DNA of 64,000 bases from Gemmatimonadaceae bacterium (GTDB taxonomy: Bacteria > Gemmatimonadota > Gemmatimonadetes > Gemmatimonadales > Gemmatimonadaceae), in assembly GCA_033763905.1 (NCBI GenBank), contig JANRJP010000102.1:24863-88862 (forward strand). Direction: 5' to 3'. The notes beneath the pieces were generated by a model. That model was not told where the DNA came from. It did not search any database and was given only the letters and a program-made list of their open reading frames with translations. Both the position numbers and the translations under genes were made by a program. Positions 38,829-45,362 of the stretch are shown in pieces. The stretch's first letter is position 1. Each line of letters begins with the position of its first letter.

Positions 38829-39427
38829 GCACCCCGCGTCCACCGGAGGCGATCCCGATGCGGATGCCGACGCCAACGCAGTTGGCGGCGATCCTCAATC
38901 CCGATGCACCGCCCGCGCCGCCGCCGGCCATCCTCGAACCCGAGTTGCCCCCCGTCGCGCGCGCGCCGCTCAAGTCGTTACGGGCCCGCTTGGCCGATCG
39001 GGAGTCGGTGCCGATGCTCGTGCTGGAGGCGGGCAGCGAGCGGTACGTGGCGTCGCTGGCCGACGTGCTCGAAGCCGTCGACGCACCCGACATCCATCCG
39101 CTCCCGCGGATGTCCGGCGCGACCCGTGGGGTGCTACCGCTGCGCGGCGCCCTCGTGACGGTCCTCGATCCGTCTCGGGTGCTCGGGCACCCCGCCGTCC
39201 GTGGCGACGCGGCGCTCGTCGTGTCGCACGCCGGCGGCCGCTTGGCCGTGCTGGTCGACGACGTCCTCGATGCGATGACCTTGGAGCCCTCCGCCGTACG
39301 CACCGTGCCCTCGGCGCTCGCCGCCGACCGGGTGTTGATTGGCGCCGTCCCGCACGACGGTCGCCTCGCCGGCATTCTTGATCTGGCGGCGTTGCTCGAC
39401 GCCGCCCTTGCCCTCGCTGACCGATGA
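38825..39427 (+). CDS. CheW-like domain protein with Pro/Ala-rich N-terminal extension
   Basis: 200-aa ORF (GTGA overlap). About 60 aa of low-complexity P/A-rich sequence, then MLVLEAGSERYVASLADVLEAVD...VLPLRGALVTVLDPSRVLG, which is typical of CheW folds. Confidence 0.75.
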   Translation: MSTPRPPEAIPMRMPTPTQLAAILNPDAPPAPPPAILEPELPPVARAPLKSLRARLADRESVPMLVLEAGSERYVASLADVLEAVDAPDIHPLPRMSGATRGVLPLRGALVTVLDPSRVLGHPAVRGDAALVVSHAGGRLAVLVDDVLDAMTLEPSAVRTVPSALAADRVLIGAVPHDGRLAGILDLAALLDAALALADR

Positions 39428-39942
39428 CCGCCGCTCCGCACCATCAGCAACTCGTGGCCTTCCGGCTCGGGAATGACCAGTTCGCTGCCGACGTCTTCAG
39501 CGTCGAGCGGGTGCTGCGCTACGTGCCACCGCGCGCGATCCCCAATGTGCCGGCCTGGATCGCGGGAGTGGTCGACTATCAGCAGCGGGTCGTGCCGGTG
39601 ATCGATCTGCGGGCCCGCTTCGAGCTGCCGCCCGTTCCGCCGAAACCCGAGACTCGCATCCTCGTGCTGCACGTCGATGGGGAGTGGATTGGCGCCATCG
39701 TCGATGCCGTCACCGAAGTCGCGAGCGTCGAGGCCGGGGCCGTCCAGCCACCGCCCCCGCTGTTCCGCGGGCTGTCGGCCGCCTTCCTCAAGGGCGTCGT
39801 CCGTCGCGGCGACGCGCTGATCGTGGTGCTCGACACCGCGCGCCTGCTGTCGACCACCGAACGCCTGGTGCTCGAGCAGGCGGGCAGTGCGCCGAGTCGT
39901 GAGACCGATCTTCCCACCGCTGGAGCACCAGCCGATGCCTGA
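39424..39942 (+). CDS. cheW: chemotaxis coupling protein CheW
   Basis: 172-aa ORF (ATGA overlap). QLVAFRLGNDQFAADVFSVERVLRYVPP...IAGVVDYQQRVVPVIDLRARF...ILVLHVDGEWIGAIVDAVTEV. Confidence 0.85.
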   Translation: MTAAPHHQQLVAFRLGNDQFAADVFSVERVLRYVPPRAIPNVPAWIAGVVDYQQRVVPVIDLRARFELPPVPPKPETRILVLHVDGEWIGAIVDAVTEVASVEAGAVQPPPPLFRGLSAAFLKGVVRRGDALIVVLDTARLLSTTERLVLEQAGSAPSRETDLPTAGAPADA

Positions 39943-40786
39943 CTCCCGTTCCCTCAGCTTCAAGGATCGCTACGCCGCGATCGACGCACGGCTCGACGCC
40001 GGGCTCGCCGCGAGCGAGCGCGACGCGACCAAGGCCGAGATCATCGCGCTGTTCAAGCAGGTCGAACAGGAGATCACCGACCTGAGCGCCCTCAAGGACC
40101 AGATCAAGGCCCTCGTCGACAAGTGGAAGGCGGCGGCGCCGTCGATGGCCCCGCAGTTCACGGGCGAAAAGCCGGTCGTCCATCAGGATCACATCGGGGC
40201 GTCGACCTTCATCGAGAAGGGCTGGAGCCGCATCTCGCTGGGCGACTATCCTGCCGCCGAGGAAGCCCTCGTGAAGGCGCTGGAGCTCTCGCCGAACGAG
40301 ACCCAGGCGACGTCGCTGCTGGGCTGGGCGCAGATGCTGCAGGAGAAGTACGACGACGCCCTGATGAACTTCCAGAAGGTGCTGATCAAGGAGCCGGCGA
40401 ACTCCTTGGCACGGATCAACGTCGGCTACATCTGCCTCAAGAAGCGGATTTTTGGGGAGGCCATCGAGCATCTCTCGCGCGCGATCCGGCTCGACAACGA
40501 CAAGAAGGCCACGCTCTACGCGCACTTCTATCTCGGGCTGGTGTATCTGGAACGGGAGATGTCGGAGGACGCGATCACCTTCTTCCGCAAGACGCTGGCG
40601 CTCGGGCCGAATCTGCTCGAGGCCTACTACGAACTGGGGCGCGCCTACTGGCAGTTGGGCGACCGGGCGCAGGGGTTGCAGGCGTGGAAGGACGGCTTCG
40701 CGGCGAACAAGTTCAATCCGTGGGGCAAGAAGTGCGGCGAACTCGTGAAGGTGGTCGAGGCGGGCGGGGAACCGTCGATCGCGTGA
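39935..40786 (+). CDS. coiled-coil + TPR protein
   Basis: ATG 39935 within ORF 39887..40786, with an 8-nt overlap with cheW. TPRs such as ATSLLGWAQMLQEKYDDALMNFQKVLIKEP and AYYELGRAYWQLGDRAQGLQAWKDGF. Noticeably more Lys/Ile/Asn-rich than its neighbours. Confidence 0.8.
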   Translation: MPDSRSLSFKDRYAAIDARLDAGLAASERDATKAEIIALFKQVEQEITDLSALKDQIKALVDKWKAAAPSMAPQFTGEKPVVHQDHIGASTFIEKGWSRISLGDYPAAEEALVKALELSPNETQATSLLGWAQMLQEKYDDALMNFQKVLIKEPANSLARINVGYICLKKRIFGEAIEHLSRAIRLDNDKKATLYAHFYLGLVYLEREMSEDAITFFRKTLALGPNLLEAYYELGRAYWQLGDRAQGLQAWKDGFAANKFNPWGKKCGELVKVVEAGGEPSIA

Positions 40787-41805
40787 CGCGGTGGGCGCGG
40801 CGCGCGCTGACGTCGCTCGCCGCAGGCGTGACGCTCCTCGCCTCGGCCTCGGCGGCGGCGCTCGGCGCGCAGGATGCCGGCGCAACGCGCCTCGATGGGG
40901 GGCGCTTCTCGGTGTACGCCTACCCGCAGGACGCCGCGCTGGCCCGCGCGGTGCTCGAGGCGGCCCGCACGCGTGACACGTTTCCCGGCCTGCCCAGGCC
41001 CACGCGACGCGTGGTGATTGCGATCGCGCCCGACGCGCGTCGCTTTCGGGAGTGGGTCGGCCCCTCCGCGCCGGAGTGGGGAAGTGCCATCGCGTTTCCC
41101 GACGAGCAGCGGACGGTGCTCCACGGGCGATCGGCGTCCAGCGATGCCGGCGATCCGATCCGCGTCCTGCGCCACGAGCTGGCGCACTTGGCGTTGCACG
41201 AAGCGCTGCCCGACGCCGAGATCCCGCGGTGGTTCGACGAGGGGTATGCGAGCCTCGTCGCCGGTGAATGGGGGCGCGACGAATTGATCGCGTTGCAGCT
41301 CGCGCTGGCGGCGCGGCGCGGGGGGAGTCTGGCGGCGCTGGATTCGGCCTTCACCGGTGGGGCCGTACGCGCCGAAGCGGCCTACGCCCTAGCGACGCGG
41401 GCCGTCATCGATCTCGCCGCGCTGGATCCCGCGCGCGGGCTGGCGCTGCTGTTCGATTACTGGCGGAGCGACCGGCGCCTGGATGTGGCGGTGCGCCACG
41501 CCTACGGCATCACGCTGTCCGGCTTCGAAGTGCAATGGGCGGAACGGACGCGGCGACGGTACGGCGCGCTGGCCATTGCCTCGGATCTCGGGTTGGCGGG
41601 CATCGTCCTGTTGCTCGTCCTGGGGCCGCTATGGTGGGCACGGCGGCGCCGGGACCGGCGGCGCCTCGCGGCGATGGCCGCCGCCGACGCGGCAGCCGAG
41701 GCCCGGGCGCGGGCGCAGGCGCTGGAGGCCCTGCTGGCGCTCGGCGCGCCCCCTCCCGCCGACGGCGCACCCCCAGTGCCTCCACCAAGCGAAGGGACGC
41801 GCTAG
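40783..41805 (+). CDS. HExxH zinc-metallopeptidase-like protein, secreted domain with C-terminal membrane anchor
   Basis: GTG 40783 (GTGA overlap) in the frame of ORF 40123..41805. Signal peptide V-TRWARRALTSLAAGVTLLASASAAALGAQDA. LRHELAHLALHE, then FDEGYAS about 18 residues later. TM helix LGLAGIVLLLVLGPLWW followed by RRRRDRRR and an Ala/Pro-rich tail. Confidence 0.65.
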   Translation: MTRWARRALTSLAAGVTLLASASAAALGAQDAGATRLDGGRFSVYAYPQDAALARAVLEAARTRDTFPGLPRPTRRVVIAIAPDARRFREWVGPSAPEWGSAIAFPDEQRTVLHGRSASSDAGDPIRVLRHELAHLALHEALPDAEIPRWFDEGYASLVAGEWGRDELIALQLALAARRGGSLAALDSAFTGGAVRAEAAYALATRAVIDLAALDPARGLALLFDYWRSDRRLDVAVRHAYGITLSGFEVQWAERTRRRYGALAIASDLGLAGIVLLLVLGPLWWARRRRDRRRLAAMAAADAAAEARARAQALEALLALGAPPPADGAPPVPPPSEGTR

Positions 41806-41814
41806 CTTTCAGGA

Positions 41815-41991
41815 ATGCCCGACACTCCGACTCCGACCCGCTCGTCGCGCCCCCTGCTGTGGTGGGGTGCTGCGGCCCTGACGCTCCTTGCCGGCTACGC
41901 CGATCTGATCCGCGGTGGCGAAACCATCTCCGCGATTCTGCTGGTGATCGGGTACTGCGTGCTCGTTCCGGCCGCGATTCTGAAGGTCTGA
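41815..41991 (+). CDS. 58-aa two-TM small membrane protein (below ORF-track cutoff)
   Basis: Hand translation gives MPDTPTPTRSSRPLLWWGAAALTLLAGYADLIRGGETISAILLVIGYCVLVPAAILKV-stop. GC-rich third positions. The stop-to-start junction TAGCTTTCAGGAATG has the same form as the junction before ftsY (and resembles that before ftsH). A hairpin follows the stop. Confidence 0.45.
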   Translation: MPDTPTPTRSSRPLLWWGAAALTLLAGYADLIRGGETISAILLVIGYCVLVPAAILKV

Positions 41992-42007
41992 CGCGAGCTG
42001 GCCGGCC

Positions 42008-42034
42008 TGCCTCGGCAACAATCCGGCCGAGGCA
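42008..42034 (+). terminator. candidate terminator hairpin (9-bp stem)
   Basis: tgcctcggc (42008-42016), loop aacaatccg, gccgaggca (42026-42034), followed by tccgttattgcttg (moderately T-rich). It lies 17 nt after the small ORF stop. Confidence 0.35.
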
Positions 42035-42123
42035 TCCGTTATTGCTTGCGTCGCCCTTGCTGGGCGGCGAAATTTCTCGGCTCCGTGTCTCGGTTGGCTG
42101 CAGGGCGGGCCGAGGCTGGCGCC

Positions 42124-42197
42124 GGGCGAATAGCTCAGTTGGTTAGAGCACCTGTCTTACACACAGGAAGTCGGGGGTTCGAGTCCCTCTTCGCCCA
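42124..42197 (+). tRNA. tRNA-Val, anticodon TAC
   Basis: Folded by hand. Acceptor GGGCGAA/TTCGCCC, D-arm GCTC-AGTTGGTTA-GAGC, anticodon arm CCTGT-CTTACAC-ACAGG (anticodon TAC), variable AAGTC, T-arm GGGGG-TTCGAGT-CCCTC, discriminator A. 74 nt, CCA not encoded. Confidence 0.9.
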
Positions 42198-42267
42198 TCG
42201 GTGGGAACAGGACCCCGCGCCGCGCGTGTGGGGTAGGTCAGTCAACGTCTTGATGGAGTGCGCGCTG

Positions 42268-43989
42268 ATGGTCCGGATGCATCGTGGGCGAGTGTTGATC
42301 GTAGCAGCGGCGGCGTTGGCGGCGGGGCTGCCGAGCGTCGGCGCTGCGCAGCCGCGTGGCGTGCAGGCGCGGCGCATTATGGTCACCAACCTCCGCAGCA
42401 CCGAGAAGACCCTCGGGCAGCAGACGGCCGACGCCATTCGCAGCGGACTCGAAGGCGAGTTCCCGCCGCGGGTCGTGACGGTCATTTCCAAGACCGACAT
42501 CAACAACACCCTCGATCAGTCGGGCTACTCGATCACCGAGGCCCTGTCGTCGAGCGATGCGAAGGCGCTGGCCAACCTGATCCGTGCCGACGAGTACATC
42601 GAAGGGCTCGTGGTCAAGACGCAGACCGGGTTCAAGGTCGATGCGCGGCTGGTGCTGGCGCGTGACAACAACGTCGTCGAGCCGCTCGCGGTGGTCGAAG
42701 GGACGCGCTTGGGCGATATCGCCAACAAGGTCACGCGCGAAGTGCGCGAAGCGCGCCGCCAGGTCGATGACGAAGCCGAGTGCTACCTCGAGGCCCGGCA
42801 GAGCAAGTACGCCGACGCCATCAAGCGCGCCCAGAGCGGCATCAAGCGCTTCCCGAAGTCGAATATGCTGCGGCTCTGCCTGCTCACGACGATGCAGTCG
42901 ATGAAGCAGCCGACGGACTCGCTGCTGCCGGTGATCGAGGAAATCCTCAAGGTCGATTCGCTCAACCGCGTCGCCCTGACGGCCGCCTCGGCTGCGTACA
43001 AGGAGAAGGACGATTCGACGCGCTACATCAAGTCGCTCGTCACGCTCGTTGCTGGCGATCCCACCAACCTGACGCTCATCAACCGCGTCGTCACCGAACT
43101 CGGCGCGTATCGCCGGGCGTCGGTCGCTGCGCCAATCGTCAAGCAGGCCGTCACCGACAACCCGGGCGACGTGAACCTGCTGAACACGGCCTGGAAGGTC
43201 GCGCTGGCGGCGGGGGACTGGAAGGACGCCATCACGTACGGCGAAGAACTGGTGAAGCTCGACACCGCCGCGGCGGACACTACCTTCTTCACGCGTCTGG
43301 CGGCCGCGTACGTCAGCGACTCGCAGCCGCCGAAGGCGGCCGAGGCGCTGGCCCGCGGTGCCGCGAAGTTCCCGAGCAACGTGGCGATCTGGACGGCGCT
43401 CGGCGCCCAGCAGCGCAAGACGGGCCAGGTCCAGCAGTCGATCGAGAGCCTCCGCCGTGCGCTGGCGATCGACCCGAAGGCCGAGAACGCGCACCTGCTG
43501 ATTGCGCAGGGCTTCGTCGATATGCAGCAGCCGGATTCGGCGCTGGGCGAAGTGCGCGCGGCGCTCGCGAGCGGCTCGAACAAGACGGTACTGGGCGGCT
43601 TTGCACTCTCGCTCGCCAACGGCGCCTACCGCACCGCCAACACGAGCAAGACGCGTGACGACTGGACGCGCGCGCTGGCCACGGCGCAGTTCGCCGACAG
43701 CGTGAATGCCTCGCCGACGGCGAAGTTCCTCGGCGGGACGGCGGCGTTCAACATCGCGATCAGCGCGCTGCAGGAAGCCGGTCCGGCGAAGAGCTGCGAG
43801 GTCGCCACCTTGTCGCAGCAGCACTTCACCATCGCCGAGCAGCTGATTCCGGCTGGCGGCTCGACGAGCCCGCAGGCCGCCGGCCAGATGATGGGGTACG
43901 TGACGCAGTACAGCCCCAACGCGGCGAAGATGGTGGATGTCTTCTGCAAGGCGTCGGGTGGCAAGCCGGCGGCGACCAAGAAGCCCTGA
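42268..43989 (+). CDS. secreted TPR-like repeat protein, function unknown
   Basis: ORF 42046..43989 cannot start upstream because it would cross the tRNA. In-frame ATGs lie at 42253, 42268 and 42277. Signal peptide MHRGRVLIVAAAALAAGLPSVGAAQP, helical repeat C-terminal two-thirds. Confidence 0.7.
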   Translation: MVRMHRGRVLIVAAAALAAGLPSVGAAQPRGVQARRIMVTNLRSTEKTLGQQTADAIRSGLEGEFPPRVVTVISKTDINNTLDQSGYSITEALSSSDAKALANLIRADEYIEGLVVKTQTGFKVDARLVLARDNNVVEPLAVVEGTRLGDIANKVTREVREARRQVDDEAECYLEARQSKYADAIKRAQSGIKRFPKSNMLRLCLLTTMQSMKQPTDSLLPVIEEILKVDSLNRVALTAASAAYKEKDDSTRYIKSLVTLVAGDPTNLTLINRVVTELGAYRRASVAAPIVKQAVTDNPGDVNLLNTAWKVALAAGDWKDAITYGEELVKLDTAAADTTFFTRLAAAYVSDSQPPKAAEALARGAAKFPSNVAIWTALGAQQRKTGQVQQSIESLRRALAIDPKAENAHLLIAQGFVDMQQPDSALGEVRAALASGSNKTVLGGFALSLANGAYRTANTSKTRDDWTRALATAQFADSVNASPTAKFLGGTAAFNIAISALQEAGPAKSCEVATLSQQHFTIAEQLIPAGGSTSPQAAGQMMGYVTQYSPNAAKMVDVFCKASGGKPAATKKP

Positions 43990-44009
43990 ACTCGTCCCCC
44001 GCGATGATC

Positions 44010-44039
44010 GAGGCCCGCCGACCGCTGTCGGCGGGCCTC
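44010..44039 (+). terminator. rho-independent terminator hairpin (perfect 12-bp stem)
   Basis: gaggcccgccga (44010-44021), loop ccgctg, tcggcgggcctc (44028-44039), then gaccgtttgtcc. It lies 21 nt after the stop of the TPR protein, so it separates that gene from the dcw cluster. Confidence 0.6.
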
Positions 44040-44091
44040 GACCGTTTGTCCCTGCAACGGCCCGCCTGTCAGAGCCGCTAGATTGCTGGTA

Positions 44092-45042
44092 ATGCCGATC
44101 TCCCCGCCGGGCGCTGACGTGATGCCGGGTGCCGCGCACTACCACGTGCCGGTGCTCGCGGACGCCGTGCTGGCCGCCTTGGCCGACGCGACCTGCGTGG
44201 TGGACGGCACGTTGGGCGGTGGCGGACACACGGCCCTGCTGCTGGCGCGCGGGACGTCGGTGATCGGGGTCGATCGTGATCCGGAGGCGCGGGCGTCGGC
44301 GGCCCGTCGGCTGGCCGACGCGGTGGCGACGGGGCAACTCACCATCGTGGCGTCGACCTTTGCCGATGCCGTCGACCAGGTCGGCGACCGGGTGATCGAC
44401 GGCGTGCTACTCGATCTTGGAGTGTCGTCGCATCAGCTCGACGAGACGTCGCGAGGCTTCAGCTTCCGTCCCGGCGCGCCACTCGACGCGCGGATGTCTC
44501 CCGACGACACGCGGAGCGCCGCCGACCTGCTCAACACCGAGTCGGAAGATGCGCTGCTTCGCATCTTCGCCGACTACGGTGATGAGCCGCGCGCGCGTCG
44601 CTTGGCGCGCGAAGTCGTGCGCCGGCGCGAGACGCGGCCGTTCGCGATCAGTGACGATTTCGTGGGGGCGATCCGGGCGACGTTGGGGGCTGCGTCCGGC
44701 GCCAGTGATTTCGCGCGCCTTTTTCAGGCGCTGCGCATTGCCGTCAATGACGAGATCGCGACGCTCGAGGCCGCGCTCCCCGCGTGGGCGGACCGCCTGG
44801 CGCCCGGCGGCGTGCTGGCGGTGATCAGCTATCACTCGGGAGAAGACCGCGTCGTCAAGCACGCATTCCGCGCGTGGAGCACGGCGTGTACTTGCCCCCC
44901 GCGTCAGCCGATCTGCACCTGCGGCGGCGTGGCACGCGGGCAGGTCATCACGCGACGTGCAATCGTGGCCGATGCCGCCGAGGCGGCGACGAACCCGCGC
45001 GCGCGCAGCGCGCGACTCCGCGTATGGCGAAAGGCACGGTGA
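44092..45042 (+). CDS. rsmH: 16S rRNA (cytosine1402-N4)-methyltransferase RsmH (MraW)
   Basis: ORF 44083..45042. In-frame candidate starts are TTG 44083, ATG 44092, GTG 44119 and ATG 44122. HVPVLADAVLAAL, DGTLGGGGHT, LLDLGVSSHQLD, ISYHSGEDRVVK. Confidence 0.92.
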   Translation: MPISPPGADVMPGAAHYHVPVLADAVLAALADATCVVDGTLGGGGHTALLLARGTSVIGVDRDPEARASAARRLADAVATGQLTIVASTFADAVDQVGDRVIDGVLLDLGVSSHQLDETSRGFSFRPGAPLDARMSPDDTRSAADLLNTESEDALLRIFADYGDEPRARRLAREVVRRRETRPFAISDDFVGAIRATLGAASGASDFARLFQALRIAVNDEIATLEAALPAWADRLAPGGVLAVISYHSGEDRVVKHAFRAWSTACTCPPRQPICTCGGVARGQVITRRAIVADAAEAATNPRARSARLRVWRKAR

Positions 45043-45362
45043 ACGCCCGCGGCGGCGGCCGCTCGACGCGCTCGGCACCGCGAGGGCGGGGGCTGGTGGC
45101 CTTCGTGCTGCTGGCGTTTCTGGTGGTGGCTACCGGCGTGATCGCGCGACGCAGTTATGGCATCGCGCAGGCGCGCGCGTTGCGCGACCTCGACCGCGAG
45201 CGCGTGCAGCTCGAATCGCGTCGGACGCAATTGCAGCGGGACATTCGCGACGCGTCCAGCCGCGTGCGTCTGCAGAAGACCGCCGAGCAGGCGCTGGGGA
45301 TGCGGGTCCCGGCCGACAGTCAGGTGATCATTCTGGCGCCGGGGGCGACGCGTGCGCGATGA
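45024..45362 (+). CDS. ftsL: cell division protein FtsL-like (single TM + coiled coil)
   Basis: ATG 45024 within ORF 44784..45362. Basic N-terminus, TM LVAFVLLAFLVVATGVIA, coiled-coil RALRDLDRERVQLESRRTQLQRDIRDASS. The position between rsmH and ftsI is canonical. Confidence 0.7.
   Translation: MAKGTVNARGGGRSTRSAPRGRGLVAFVLLAFLVVATGVIARRSYGIAQARALRDLDRERVQLESRRTQLQRDIRDASSRVRLQKTAEQALGMRVPADSQVIILAPGATRAR

Noticed and set aside
42124-42197. tRNA-Val as the integration site of a genomic island, with the che/mgl operon or the downstream TPR gene as cargo.
   Set aside because: There is no integrase, transposase or phage gene on either side. I did not notice a direct repeat of the tRNA 3' end. 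The flanking genes have the same composition and strand as the rest of the window.
42046-42267. N-terminal part of ORF 42046..43989 as coding sequence.
   Set aside because: It would read straight through tRNA-Val (42124-42197). A good signal peptide starts only at the in-frame Mets at 42253-42277.
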